A stretch of DNA of 64,000 bases. Origin: Bacteroidales bacterium (lineage in GTDB: Bacteria; Bacteroidota; Bacteroidia; Bacteroidales; UBA932). Both the position numbers and the translations under genes were made by a program. Where the stretch lies: contig JABUTN010000002.1 in the NCBI GenBank assembly GCA_021443665.1, positions 27,943-91,942 of the forward strand, in the 5' to 3' direction. Shown here one piece after another: positions 45,758 to 56,281 of the stretch. The notes beneath the pieces are model-generated. The model ran no database searches. It was not told the DNA's origin and saw nothing but the letters and a program-made list of their open reading frames with translations. Positions within the stretch are counted from its first letter, which is position 1, and every line of letters begins with the position of its first letter.

Positions 45758-46528
45758 ATGGATGTCTTCTTCAGCACGGACATCGAGGATGGGCTGCTCC
45801 GTCTCAGCGGTGACGAAAGCCGTCACTGCATCAAGGTCCTACGCCACCGCAAGGGCGACAAGGTGCGCGTGAGCGGGGGGGACGGCAACCTCTACCTTTG
45901 CAGCATAGTCAAGGACGACCCCAAGGGCGTGGAACTGCTCATAGAGGAGACTCTCGGCCAGGCGGGCGCCCACCCTTACTACCTCCGGATGGCCGTGGCC
46001 CCCACAAAGAACATCGACCGCTTCGAATGGTTCGTGGAAAAGGCCACCGAAGTGGGCATTGACCACATCACCCCCCTGCAGTGCGAACACTCGCAACGGC
46101 GCGTCATCAACCTTGAACGCGAACAGCGCTTGATGGTGGCGGCGGCAAAACAGTCGATGAAAGGCGTTCTGCCCCTGATGGACGATATGACGGACGTAAA
46201 ATCCCTGATGGAGCAGTGCAAGGCCTGGGAGCAGTCAAACGGACGCACGCTTACGAAACTGATAGCCTTCTGCGACAGCGAACTGACCGGCCCCGACGGC
46301 ACCCTGCGCAAGAGGGTCCACATAAAAGATGCTGTCAAGGCCGCCTCCGGAGGCACGGACGAGCCTGCCTTCGTGGTGCTGATAGGCCCGGAGGGAGATT
46401 TCTCCGCGGTGGAAATCAGCGCGGCGGCAGAGGCGGGATTCATCCCCGTTTCGCTTGGGGAGCAGAGGCTGCGCACTGAAACGGCCGCCCTCTATGCCAC
46501 CATCACCGTAAGTTTGCTCGCACTTTAA
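45758..46528 (+). CDS. rsmE: 16S rRNA (uracil1498-N3)-methyltransferase
   Basis: PUA-like N-terminus 'HCIKVLRHRKGDKV' and the SPOUT C-terminus 'VLIGPEGDFSAVE...LGEQRLRTETAAL'. Confidence 0.85.
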   Translation: MDVFFSTDIEDGLLRLSGDESRHCIKVLRHRKGDKVRVSGGDGNLYLCSIVKDDPKGVELLIEETLGQAGAHPYYLRMAVAPTKNIDRFEWFVEKATEVGIDHITPLQCEHSQRRVINLEREQRLMVAAAKQSMKGVLPLMDDMTDVKSLMEQCKAWEQSNGRTLTKLIAFCDSELTGPDGTLRKRVHIKDAVKAASGGTDEPAFVVLIGPEGDFSAVEISAAAEAGFIPVSLGEQRLRTETAALYATITVSLLAL

Positions 46529-46548
46529 GGAAAATCCCTTTTTATTCT

Positions 46549-46556
46549 TAACTTTG
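46549..46556 (+). promoter_or_regulatory. -7 box TAacTTTG (GH31)
   Basis: 6 nt upstream of ATG 46563. Confidence 0.45.
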
Positions 46557-46562
46557 GGGGCT

Positions 46563-49415
46563 ATGAAAAACAAAACCCTCCTTGGCTGCGTCGCCGCAGT
46601 GCTTATCCTTGCCTGTGCCATCGTATGGATGCGCACAAACACCCACGCCTTCAGCAAAGACAACACGGTCATCATCTTCCCGAATGGGAAAAACGCCCTG
46701 TGCAAGGCCTTGCGTTTGGAGATTCTCGACGAGGACATCATCCGCGTGAGCGCCTCCCCCCGCCACGTCTTCGACAGGACGCCCAGCCTTATGGCCGTCG
46801 AGCCTGAAGAAAATGACATCCCCTACGACTTCTCCAGGGAGGACGGGGAATACATCATCTCCACCGCAAAACTCACGGCCAAGGTGGACAAGGAGACAGG
46901 TCTGGTGGCCTTCTATGACCGCGAGGGCAGGCAGCTGCTCTGTGAGTCCGACCGCGACTACTCCCCCATCAAGGTTGAAAACGACCACGGGTGGAGCGTG
47001 CGCCAGATGTGGAAGAATTCGGCCGACGAGTCTTTATACGGACTCGGCCAGCACCAGAGCGACGAATGGGACTGGGCCGGACGCAATGAAAAACTCATCC
47101 AGTACAACACGAAGGTCAGCATCCCCGTGCTCGTCAGCACGAACAACTACGGCATCTTTTGGGACAACAATTCAATGAGCCGCTTCGGTGACGAGCGCGA
47201 CTACGAACAGTTGGACGAGGTGTTCATCCTGCGCGACAAGGACGGCGTAGAAGGAGCCTTGAGCGGCACCTACACGGGCAGGGACGGAAAGCAGGTCGTC
47301 CGCAGGGAAAGCATCCTCTACCTCGAACACGCACAGTCTCTCGAGAAGAACCTCATCAAGAACTTCCCCCTGAAGGGCACGAAAGTCGTGTATGAGGGCA
47401 GCATAGAGCCTCTGGAGACGGGAAAACACTATTTCTCCCTGTACTACAGCGGCTACATCACCGTTTACCTTGATGGAAAGGAAATCGTGCCCGAGCGCTG
47501 GCGCACGGCCTGGAACCCCAACACCTACAAGTTCGAGGCCGAACTCACCAACGGCACTCCCGCAGACCTGAGAATCGAGTGGAGACCGGACGGAGACGTC
47601 GCCTACTGCGGCCTGAGGGCCCTCAGCCCCCTGCCCGAACATTCAGAGCCGCATATCGCCTTCTGGAGCGAACTCGCGGGACAGATCGACTATTACTTCA
47701 TCAAAGGCGAGTCCCTCGACGATGTGGTGGCCGGAATGCGCGAAATCACCGGACGCGCCCCTGTTATGCCTCAGTGGACTATGGGATACTGGCAGTGCCG
47801 CGAACGCTACCAGTCCAGCAAGGACTACTATGACGTGCTCGCCCATTTCGAGCAGGACAATCTGCCCATAGATATGATTATCCAGGACTGGCAGTACTGG
47901 GAGGAAGACCAGTGGGGAAGCCACGAGTTCGACCTGAAACGCTATCCCGACCCCAAGGCGGCCATCGATTCAGTCCACGCCGCGGGAGTGAAATATATGA
48001 TTTCCGTATGGCCGAAATTCTATCTCGGCACAAAGCATTACGACGAACTCAACTCCAACGGCTGGATTTACCAACAGGCCATCAGGGACTCCATCCGCGA
48101 CTGGGTGGGCCCCGGCTATGTGGGCAGTTTCTACGACGCTTACAGCGAGTCCGCCCAAAAGATGTTCTGGAGACAGATGAACGAGCATCTTTTCTGCCTT
48201 GGAGTCGATGCCTGGTGGATGGACGCCAGCGAACCCAATATCCGCGACTGCGTGGATATGCCCTACTGGAAGGCACTTTGCACCCCCACCGCCCTCGGTT
48301 CGTCTACCAAATACCTCAACACCTACGGCCTCGTGAACGCCCACGCGATTTACACGGGACAGAGAGGCGAGAACCCGGACCGGCGTGTGCTGCTGCTTAC
48401 AAGAAGCGCTACAGCCGGTGTGCAGCGCTACAGCACCTCCGTGTGGAGCGGTGACATTGCCTCACGCTGGGAGGATATGAAGGCACAGATTCCCGCGGCT
48501 CTCAACTTCTCCATCGCCGGAGTGCCCTGGTGGAGTATGGATACGGGAGGCTTCTGCGTGGAGGACCGCTTTGTGGCCGCCTACCAAAAATACCTCGCCA
48601 CAAGCCAGGAAAGTGAAGACCTCAACGAGTGGAGGGAACTCCAGACACGCTGGTACCAGTTCGGCGCCTTCGTGCCCTTCTTCCGCTCACACGGCCAGTG
48701 GCCGCCCCGCGAATACTACAACATCGCCCCCGAAGGCCATCCCGCCCGCAATTCGATGGCGAAATACTCCCGTCTGAGGTCGACACTGCTGCCCTATATA
48801 TACTCCCTTGCCGGCAGCGTGTGGAAAGACCACTACACCATTATGAGACCCCTGGTTATGGACTATCCTCAGGACAAGGCCGTACGCGCAGTCAGCGACC
48901 AGTACAGTTTCGGCCCCTCGCTGATGGTCTGCCCCGTATATCAGTACAAGGCACGCGAACGCGAGGTCTATCTGCCCGACACGAAGGGCGGATGGTACAA
49001 TCTTGACAGTTATGAGCATTTCGAGGGCGGCCGCAGCATCATCGCGAAGGCCGATTATGAGACCATCCCCGTCTATATCCCCGCCGGTGCCGTGATTCCC
49101 ACCTGCGCTCCCATAAGGCACAGTATGGATCAGGACAAGACAAAACTGGAGATTCTTGTGGCTGAAGGTGCCGACGGCCGTTTCAGCATCTATGAGGACG
49201 AGGGCGACAACTACGACTACGAAAAGGGCGAATACGCCTGCATAGACCTCATCTGGAACGATGCGTCCAAGGAACTGACAATCGGGGCGACAGAAGGCAC
49301 ATACACCGGCTGCCCCACGCAGCGCAGCGTTTCAATCACACTGATAGGGAAAGACTCCAAGACCCGCAGCCTTCAGGCAGACTACAGGGGCGGAAAGACT
49401 GTCGTGAAATTCTAA
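46563..49415 (+). CDS. Glycoside hydrolase family 31 (alpha-glucosidase/alpha-xylosidase)
   Basis: Signal peptide and the GH31 nucleophile region 'GVDAWWMDASEP', with 'WSGDI' downstream. ATG at 46563; the track start at 46554 is a TTG inside the -7 box. Confidence 0.9.
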   Translation: MKNKTLLGCVAAVLILACAIVWMRTNTHAFSKDNTVIIFPNGKNALCKALRLEILDEDIIRVSASPRHVFDRTPSLMAVEPEENDIPYDFSREDGEYIISTAKLTAKVDKETGLVAFYDREGRQLLCESDRDYSPIKVENDHGWSVRQMWKNSADESLYGLGQHQSDEWDWAGRNEKLIQYNTKVSIPVLVSTNNYGIFWDNNSMSRFGDERDYEQLDEVFILRDKDGVEGALSGTYTGRDGKQVVRRESILYLEHAQSLEKNLIKNFPLKGTKVVYEGSIEPLETGKHYFSLYYSGYITVYLDGKEIVPERWRTAWNPNTYKFEAELTNGTPADLRIEWRPDGDVAYCGLRALSPLPEHSEPHIAFWSELAGQIDYYFIKGESLDDVVAGMREITGRAPVMPQWTMGYWQCRERYQSSKDYYDVLAHFEQDNLPIDMIIQDWQYWEEDQWGSHEFDLKRYPDPKAAIDSVHAAGVKYMISVWPKFYLGTKHYDELNSNGWIYQQAIRDSIRDWVGPGYVGSFYDAYSESAQKMFWRQMNEHLFCLGVDAWWMDASEPNIRDCVDMPYWKALCTPTALGSSTKYLNTYGLVNAHAIYTGQRGENPDRRVLLLTRSATAGVQRYSTSVWSGDIASRWEDMKAQIPAALNFSIAGVPWWSMDTGGFCVEDRFVAAYQKYLATSQESEDLNEWRELQTRWYQFGAFVPFFRSHGQWPPREYYNIAPEGHPARNSMAKYSRLRSTLLPYIYSLAGSVWKDHYTIMRPLVMDYPQDKAVRAVSDQYSFGPSLMVCPVYQYKAREREVYLPDTKGGWYNLDSYEHFEGGRSIIAKADYETIPVYIPAGAVIPTCAPIRHSMDQDKTKLEILVAEGADGRFSIYEDEGDNYDYEKGEYACIDLIWNDASKELTIGATEGTYTGCPTQRSVSITLIGKDSKTRSLQADYRGGKTVVKF

Positions 49416-50146
49416 AAGCAGAGTTTCTCCACAAAGCACAGACGTCCATCGGGAAGCACACCTGAAATGAGGTGTTCGTCTTCGGAAAGAGCCACCTCCT
49501 GCAGAAGCACATCCTCGTGGAGGGTGGCTTCGTTGCTGAAGTTTATGGCCACCTTCCTGATGGGGCGCTCGGGGATGCTGTTGCCGAAAAGCGCATCCAC
49601 CGCCCACTGGGAGTATTTCACATTGTTGACGTGGAAATTGTAGTCAAGGTCTGAATAGAGGACTTTGTGGACTCCGAGATCCTTCAGCTCGCTGCCCCTG
49701 GGAATCACGAGTTTCTCGACTCCTCCCTCGCATACGGCATCATCGGACTGGGGAGTGGTGGGGATGATGTTCCACAACTCCTCGTCACGACAGATGTGGC
49801 GGGTCTCCTTGTTGATTACCACCCAGTTGCTTGTGCCCTTGGCCACGAGGTCCCCCTTGTTGTCGAAAAGGCGGAAATCACGGATGAAGTTGGGCCCTAT
49901 CATCTCCCTGAACCAGGTCTGCATTGTGGCCCCGCACATAAAGTCGGGATGTTTGACATACTCGAACGACATCCTTGCAAGCACCCATACGCAATTGAGG
50001 CCCTCGAGAGCCGAATCGCTGAAACCCTGGGCCCTTGAGGCCTCTCCGGCGATGTTCTGGGCAAGATCCAGCATCGCGGTGGTACGCAACCATCTGTTGC
50101 AGTCATAGAAATAGCACGGCAGATTGAATTCTTGGATGTACTTCAT
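49412..50146 (-). CDS. Acyl-ACP thioesterase (double hot-dog)
   Basis: 244 aa. The size and N-terminal pattern 'YFYDCNRWLRTTAMLDLAQNIAGEAS' resemble FatA/B-like bacterial acyl-ACP thioesterases. Confidence 0.7.
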   Translation of the reverse strand: MKYIQEFNLPCYFYDCNRWLRTTAMLDLAQNIAGEASRAQGFSDSALEGLNCVWVLARMSFEYVKHPDFMCGATMQTWFREMIGPNFIRDFRLFDNKGDLVAKGTSNWVVINKETRHICRDEELWNIIPTTPQSDDAVCEGGVEKLVIPRGSELKDLGVHKVLYSDLDYNFHVNNVKYSQWAVDALFGNSIPERPIRKVAINFSNEATLHEDVLLQEVALSEDEHLISGVLPDGRLCFVEKLCF

Positions 50147-50149
50147 TTT

Positions 50150-51070
50150 TCAAAACCTTTTAGTGTAGATGTGACATTCCGGTTCTATTTTGTGCCGCTC
50201 GCAGTAGCGCTGGTGATACTGTTCGGCATCATAAAAACTTGAATAAGGGAGCAGGGCGGTGCAGACATCATAGCCCATCGCCGCAAGCTGCGCGACAAGA
50301 CCCTCGCAAATGCGCTTCTGCAGGGGATTCCTGAAGAATACGGCCGAGCGGTATTGAGGCCCGACATCAATGCCCTGACCGTCCCTTTGCGTGGGGTCGT
50401 GAATCTCGAAGAAATACTTCGCGAGGTCGCGGTAGCATATTTTCGCGGGGTCGAAAAGCACCCTGACGCACTCGTAATGTCCTGTCTGATGGGACTTCAC
50501 CTGCTCGTAGGAAGGATTCTGCTCCTCTCCTCCGGCATAGCCGCAGATTACATCGCGCACTCCCTCAAGCCTGCGCAGCCAGTATTCCATCCCCCAAAAA
50601 CAGCCCCCGGCAAAGAATGCCTCGGGACAGAGCAGCTGCTGCAGAAGAACCCTGCAGCCCGCGAGGATTTCATTGTATGCGGTCTGGAAATCCCCCGTGT
50701 ACCAGGGGTCGTCGATTTCAGTGTCGAGCAGCAGCATCACCTTGTGCTCCGGGTCACCGCCCGCGAATATGCGGCTGATGCCCCTCAGATTGGAAGCGTC
50801 CATCGCCACGAAGAGGTCATATTGCTGATAGTCGGAAGATTTCAGCCGGACAGCCCTCTTGCCCTCACAGGAAATGCCGTTCCTACGAAGCATCTCGCGT
50901 GCGGGGGGATATACGGGATTCCCTATTTCTTCGGAAGAGGTGGCGCAGGAGGCGACCTCCACCACAGCGGAAAGATTTTCGGACTCAAGCAGTCTGCGCA
51001 TAACGAACTCCGCCATCGGAGAACGGCAGATGTTCCCGTGACAGACGAACATTATCCGGAAAGGCTTCAT
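50150..51070 (-). CDS. msrA: Fusion protein: low-molecular-weight protein-tyrosine phosphatase (ArsC/LMW-PTP fold) plus peptide-methionine (S)-S-oxide reductase MsrA
   Basis: N-terminal half has 'FVCHGNICRSPMAE' (CX5R-S P-loop) and the 'DDPWY' Asp loop. C-terminal half has 'FAGGCFWGMEYW' (MsrA GCFWG) and 'GPQYRSAVFF'. It is a single uninterrupted 306-aa ORF. Confidence 0.85.
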   Translation of the reverse strand: MKPFRIMFVCHGNICRSPMAEFVMRRLLESENLSAVVEVASCATSSEEIGNPVYPPAREMLRRNGISCEGKRAVRLKSSDYQQYDLFVAMDASNLRGISRIFAGGDPEHKVMLLLDTEIDDPWYTGDFQTAYNEILAGCRVLLQQLLCPEAFFAGGCFWGMEYWLRRLEGVRDVICGYAGGEEQNPSYEQVKSHQTGHYECVRVLFDPAKICYRDLAKYFFEIHDPTQRDGQGIDVGPQYRSAVFFRNPLQKRICEGLVAQLAAMGYDVCTALLPYSSFYDAEQYHQRYCERHKIEPECHIYTKRF

Positions 51071-51546
51071 TTGCTCGGGAACTCGTTAACCCAAACCTGA
51101 CGCTCGAATGCCTGGTCGAGGGAAATCATCGTGTCGGTCATTTCCACGCCGGGGATATTCTGGATGGTACGCAGAAGCACGCGGAGAAGATGCTCGTGGT
51201 TGGTGCAGTAGATCTTGATCATCAGGGCAAACCTGCCTGTCACATAGTGGCACTCCACCACCTCGGGAATCTGGCGCAGGGCTGTCACCACCTCAAGATA
51301 ACGGCTGGACTCGGCCAAGGCCACGCCCACGTATGCGCACACGTCAAGACCCAGGGTCCTGGGCTTAACCAGCAGACGGGAGCCGGTGATGATTCCCAAC
51401 TGTTCCATCTTCTTGAATCTCTGATGGATGGCGGCACCCGAAACGTGACATTCGCGGGCAATCTCCAGGAAGGGTTTGCGTGCATTCTTTACCAAAGACG
51501 AGAGGATGGTCTGGTCAATCTTGTCGAGTTGATACTTTTGGTCCAT
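51067..51546 (-). CDS. Lrp/AsnC family transcriptional regulator
   Basis: HTH 'LDKIDQTILSSLVKNARKPFLEIARECHVSGAAIHQRFKKMEQLGII' plus a RAM domain. ATGA overlap with the downstream fusion gene. Confidence 0.9.
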   Translation of the reverse strand: MDQKYQLDKIDQTILSSLVKNARKPFLEIARECHVSGAAIHQRFKKMEQLGIITGSRLLVKPRTLGLDVCAYVGVALAESSRYLEVVTALRQIPEVVECHYVTGRFALMIKIYCTNHEHLLRVLLRTIQNIPGVEMTDTMISLDQAFERQVWVNEFPSK

Positions 51547-51547
51547 A

Positions 51548-53836
51548 TTATTTTTTCTTGCTTGCTGACTCTGAGATAATCTTCATACAGGCCTCCAAAC
51601 TCAGATTTTTGGGGTCGCCGGCGGATTTGGGGATTCTGTAGGTGTCCTTGTCCTTCTTGATGTAGGGGCCATAGCGCCCATTGAGCACCTGGATTCCCTC
51701 CTGGGAAAACTCCTTAATTGTCTTGTTGGCCTGGGAAGCGGCATTCTGCTCAATGAGGGCCACCGCCTGCTCGTATGTAAAACTGAAGGGGTCGGCACCC
51801 TTGGGAAGGGAGATGAAACCACCGTTGTATTTGATGTAGGGGCCGTATTTTCCTTTGGAACAGATAACCTCCTGATTCTTGTAGCTGCCAAGATTGCGGG
51901 GCAGTTCGAACAGGGCGCAGGCCTGCTCGAGCGTGAGGCTCTCTATCAGCTGTCCCTTGCCCAGTGAGGAGAACTGGCGGGCGGGGTCATCATCTTCGCC
52001 CAACTGCACCAGGGGGCCGTATTTGCCCACTCTGGCAATCACCTTCTTCCCTGTCTTGGGGTCTATGCCGATTTCGCGGCGGGCGTTTATCACATCCGCC
52101 TCCTTCTCCGTCCTGCACACTGAATCGTGGAAAGGCGCATAGAAGTCGGAAATGACGCTGTTCCATACCAGTTCGCCAGTGGCGATGCGGTCGAAATCCT
52201 CCTCCACCTTCGCGGTGAAGCCGTAGTCCATAATGTCCGGGAAGAACTGCTCGAGGAAATCCGTCACCATAATGCCTATGTTCTCGGGGCAGAGCTTGCC
52301 GTTTTCCTTGCCGATGACCTCGGTCTTGACAGTTGCTTTCAGTTTGCCCTTCTCCAGGCAGATTCTCTCTATCTGGCGGCTCGTGCCGGGACAGTCCTTT
52401 TTGACTATATACTCCCTGGCGTGCAGGGTGGAAATCGTGGGCGCATAGGTTGAGGGACGGCCGATGCCGAGTTCCTCCATCTTCTTCACGAGCGACGCCT
52501 CGGTATAGCGCAGGGCGGGAGTGGTGTATTTTTCCACAGCCTCAATCCTATTGTAGGACATTCCCGTGCCTACCTTCAGGGCGGGGAGCAGAAGCAGGTC
52601 CTCGTCCTGCTCGTCATCGCGGCCTTCTATATATACTTTCAGGAAACCGTCGAAAATGACCCTCTTGCCCTGGGCGTGGAAGGGGTGGGTGGCTTCCGGG
52701 GCACTGATTTCAAGGTCGGTGCGCTCCAGCACGGCCGAACTCATCTGGGAGGCTATGGTGCGCTTCCAGATCAGGTCGTAAAGTTTCTTTTCGGGGGCGG
52801 TGCCACTGATTTCCGTGCGCTCGAGGTCTGTGGGACGGATGGCCTCGTGGGCTTCCTGGGCGCCTTTGGAAGAAGTCTTGTACCTGCGGAACTGGTGGTA
52901 CTTCTCACCATAGGTCTCGCAAATCACCTTCTTGGCAACGCCTGTGGCCAGGCTGCTGAGATTGGTGGAGTCGGTACGCATATAGGTAATCATACCGCTC
53001 TCGTAAAGGTGCTGCGCGATGGTCATGGTCTGGTTTACGGAGAAACCGTATTTCCTGGAGGCCTCCTGCTGGAGGGACGAGGTGGTGAAAGGCGCTGCGG
53101 GCACACGGCTCAGCTCCTTTGTCTCGGTCTTGCTCACGCTGAAGCAGGCATTGAGGCAACTCTCCAGAAAGGCGAGGGCCTTCTCTTTCTCGGCGAAACG
53201 GTGCTCGACGCTTCCGCTGACAGCCACATCGCTGCCCTCGGGCGTAAAACTGCCTTCAACCTTATAGTAACGCTTTGACTCGAAGGAGTTTATCTCCCTC
53301 TCCCTTTCCACGATGAGGCGGAGGGCCACCGACTGCACACGGCCGGCTGAAAGGGAGGGTCTGATTTTCTTCCAGAGTATGGGCGACAACTCAAAACCGA
53401 CCAGACGGTCGAGCACCCTGCGTGCCTGCTGGGCCATCACCAGAGAGTTGTTCACTTCGCGGGGGTTCTCGATGGCGTTCAGAATCGCGGGCTTTGTAAT
53501 CTCGTGGAACACAATGCGGTGCGTCTTGGTACTGTCAAGTCCAAGCGTCTGCTGCAGGTGCCAGGATATGGCCTCTCCCTCACGGTCTTCATCGGATGCC
53601 AGCCACACCACCTTGGCCTTGGATGCAAGGCTCTTGAGTTCATCCACCACCTTTTTCTTGTCGGTGGGAATCTCATAAACAGGCTGGAAACCGTTATCAA
53701 TCTGTATTCCAAGCTTCTTCTTCGAAAGGTCACGGATGTGGCCGAAACTTGAGCGGACTACATAGTCCTTGCCTAAAAATTTTTCTATGGTCTTTGCCTT
53801 TGCCGGCGACTCTACAATTACTAAATTCTCTCCCAT
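51548..53836 (-). CDS. topA: DNA topoisomerase I
   Basis: 'LVIVESPAKAKTIEKFLG' Toprim start and the 'YMRTDS' active-site Tyr region. ATG at 53836 ('MGENLVIV'). Confidence 0.95.
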   Translation of the reverse strand: MGENLVIVESPAKAKTIEKFLGKDYVVRSSFGHIRDLSKKKLGIQIDNGFQPVYEIPTDKKKVVDELKSLASKAKVVWLASDEDREGEAISWHLQQTLGLDSTKTHRIVFHEITKPAILNAIENPREVNNSLVMAQQARRVLDRLVGFELSPILWKKIRPSLSAGRVQSVALRLIVEREREINSFESKRYYKVEGSFTPEGSDVAVSGSVEHRFAEKEKALAFLESCLNACFSVSKTETKELSRVPAAPFTTSSLQQEASRKYGFSVNQTMTIAQHLYESGMITYMRTDSTNLSSLATGVAKKVICETYGEKYHQFRRYKTSSKGAQEAHEAIRPTDLERTEISGTAPEKKLYDLIWKRTIASQMSSAVLERTDLEISAPEATHPFHAQGKRVIFDGFLKVYIEGRDDEQDEDLLLLPALKVGTGMSYNRIEAVEKYTTPALRYTEASLVKKMEELGIGRPSTYAPTISTLHAREYIVKKDCPGTSRQIERICLEKGKLKATVKTEVIGKENGKLCPENIGIMVTDFLEQFFPDIMDYGFTAKVEEDFDRIATGELVWNSVISDFYAPFHDSVCRTEKEADVINARREIGIDPKTGKKVIARVGKYGPLVQLGEDDDPARQFSSLGKGQLIESLTLEQACALFELPRNLGSYKNQEVICSKGKYGPYIKYNGGFISLPKGADPFSFTYEQAVALIEQNAASQANKTIKEFSQEGIQVLNGRYGPYIKKDKDTYRIPKSAGDPKNLSLEACMKIISESASKKK

Positions 53837-53898
53837 ATATTTCAATTTGACACGGCTGCAAAGTAACGCATTATGAAAGGAAAAAACCAAATTTTTCG

Positions 53899-53906
53899 TA
53901 CTTTTG
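53899..53906 (+). promoter_or_regulatory. -7 box TActTTTG (PBP1A-ddl-prmC-radA string)
   Basis: 20 nt upstream of ATG 53927. Confidence 0.45.
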
Positions 53907-53926
53907 TCGCCCTATACTATAATAAA

Positions 53927-56281
53927 ATGAAGGAAAAAACCTCTAAAATATTACTTAAATGCCTGTGGCTGATAACTATAGGCCCCGTTGTCGCTTTGGC
54001 GGCAGCCCTGCTGATTGTCGGCCTGACCGCTGAAATCCCCTCGTTCGAGGAACTGGAAAACCCCAAGAGTTTCAGCGCCACCAAAGTCTTGTCCGACCAG
54101 GGTGAGGTCATCGCTTCGTTCCATATAGAGAACCGTATGTATGTTAGCTACGAACAACTCTCCCCCTACCTGGTGAAGGCTGCCGTTTCCACCGAGGACG
54201 CCCGTTTCTACAAACACTGCGGCATCGACTTCTATGCCCTCGGAAGGGTGGCGTTCAAATCCCTCCTTCTCGGAGACAGGGGCTCCGGTGGCGGCAGCAC
54301 CATCACCCAGCAGCTCGCCAAAACGCTCTACCCCCGCGATGACACCCCCGATGGTTTCATATCCCACAAGATTGCGATGGTCAAGATCAAGCTGAAGGAG
54401 TGGATTACCGCCGTCAAACTGGAGCGCAACTACACAAAGGACGAACTGGTGGCGATGTACCTCAACGCCGTGTTCTTCGGCTCCAACGCATACGGTGTAA
54501 AGGCCGCCGCCAACACCTTCTTCGCCAAAGAACCCTCTGAGCTGAACATCCAGGAAAGCGCCACCCTCGTGGGCATGATCAACAAGCCCACGCGCTACAA
54601 CCCCGCCATAAACTATGACCTCAGCATCGGAAGGCGCAATTCCGTCATCAGGCACATGGCCAAGGAGGGCTACATCAGCAACAAACTGAGGGATTCCGTC
54701 ATCAACGAGCCCATCGAGCTGCGCTACTCCGTCCAGGATCACAATGCGGACAAGGCGCCCTATTTCCGCGATATGCTCCGCAGATATATGAGCGCCTCGA
54801 TGCCCAAGCGCAGCAGCTACAGCTTCACCGAGGACTACGAGAACGATATGAGGCTTTGGGATGAGGACCCCCTATACGGCTGGCTCAACAAGAACCAGAA
54901 GCCTGACGGCAGCCCCTATTCGCTCGACAAGGACGGCCTGGTGATCTACTCAACCGTGAACGCGAAGATGCAGAAATATGCTGAGGAAGCCATTTCCGAG
55001 CATCTGGGCACATATCTGCAGAAGGAGTTCTTCAAGGACATGAAGAACAAGAAGTACAAGCCCTTCGCGAAAGAGGCGACTCCCGAACTCGTAAACACCC
55101 TGATGTCCCAGGCCCGCAGATGGAGCGACCGCTACCGCAGCCTCAAGAAGAGCGGGATGTCCGACAAGGAAATCGAAAAGACCTTCAACACCCCCACGGA
55201 GATGAGAGTCTTCGCCTGGAACGTCAAAGGTTTCATCGACACCACAATGACCCCCAACGACTCCATCAAATACTACAAGTCCTTCCTCAGGTCGGCGTTT
55301 GTGGCAATGGAGCCCGGCACAGGCCATGTAAAGGCCTATATCGGCGGCCCCAATTACCGTTACTTCAAATATGACAACGCCCGCCAGGGCAAGCGTCAGG
55401 TCGGCTCCACCATCAAACCCTTCCTTTACACCCTCGCGATGCAGGAGGGTTTCTCCCCCTGCGACAAGGTGCTCAACCTTCCCGTCACCTTCGTGCTGGA
55501 GAACGACACCTGGACACCCGCAAGTACCGACAAGGCGGAATTCATAGGCAAGGAGGTGACCCTGAAATGGGGACTCACCAAGAGTTCCAACAACATCTCG
55601 GCCTACCTGATGCACCAGTTCGGTCCCAAGGCGATGCTTGAGATGTGCCGCAAAATGGGCATCTACACCTATCTGCCCGAAGTGCCCTCGCTCTGCCTCG
55701 GCCCCGCCGACATCGCCCTTTACGATATGGTGAGCGCCTACAACACCTTCCCGAGCCGCGGCATACACATAGAGCCCATCTTCGTCACCAAGATCGAGGA
55801 CAAGGCCGGAAACGTCATCGCCACCTTCTCGCCCCAGAAGCACGAGGCCATCAGCGAAAGCGCCGCCTACCTTATGGTCAACCTGATGCAGGGTGTGGTG
55901 AACGAGGGAACGGGTGCGCGTCTGCGCTCACGATACAGGCTCGAAGGCCAGATTGCCGGCAAGACCGGCACCACCAACGACCAGAGCGACGGCTGGTTCA
56001 TCGGCTACACGCCTAAACTCACCGCAGGCATCTGGACAGGCGCCGAAGACCGTACAGTCCATTTCGAGAGCATAGCCCTCGGAGGCGGCAGCAATATGAG
56101 TCTTCCCATTTGGGGACTCTTCATGCAGAAGGTGATGGCGGACGGAACGCTCGGCATAAGCAATAACGACATCTTCACCCCCGCCTCGGGCATCAAGTTG
56201 AATCTCAACTGCGATGGCAGCGATGATGACCTGCAGACATATTACCACCAATCCCAAGACGAAGAAGACTTTTTCGACTGA
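53927..56281 (+). CDS. mrcA: Penicillin-binding protein 1A (bifunctional transglycosylase/transpeptidase)
   Basis: GT51 'EDARFYKHCGID' and 'GGSTITQQL'. Transpeptidase 'GSTIKP' (SxxK) and 'KTGTTND'. ATG at 53927 ('MKEKTSKILLK'), 20 nt downstream of a -7 box. Confidence 0.9.
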   Translation: MKEKTSKILLKCLWLITIGPVVALAAALLIVGLTAEIPSFEELENPKSFSATKVLSDQGEVIASFHIENRMYVSYEQLSPYLVKAAVSTEDARFYKHCGIDFYALGRVAFKSLLLGDRGSGGGSTITQQLAKTLYPRDDTPDGFISHKIAMVKIKLKEWITAVKLERNYTKDELVAMYLNAVFFGSNAYGVKAAANTFFAKEPSELNIQESATLVGMINKPTRYNPAINYDLSIGRRNSVIRHMAKEGYISNKLRDSVINEPIELRYSVQDHNADKAPYFRDMLRRYMSASMPKRSSYSFTEDYENDMRLWDEDPLYGWLNKNQKPDGSPYSLDKDGLVIYSTVNAKMQKYAEEAISEHLGTYLQKEFFKDMKNKKYKPFAKEATPELVNTLMSQARRWSDRYRSLKKSGMSDKEIEKTFNTPTEMRVFAWNVKGFIDTTMTPNDSIKYYKSFLRSAFVAMEPGTGHVKAYIGGPNYRYFKYDNARQGKRQVGSTIKPFLYTLAMQEGFSPCDKVLNLPVTFVLENDTWTPASTDKAEFIGKEVTLKWGLTKSSNNISAYLMHQFGPKAMLEMCRKMGIYTYLPEVPSLCLGPADIALYDMVSAYNTFPSRGIHIEPIFVTKIEDKAGNVIATFSPQKHEAISESAAYLMVNLMQGVVNEGTGARLRSRYRLEGQIAGKTGTTNDQSDGWFIGYTPKLTAGIWTGAEDRTVHFESIALGGGSNMSLPIWGLFMQKVMADGTLGISNNDIFTPASGIKLNLNCDGSDDDLQTYYHQSQDEEDFFD

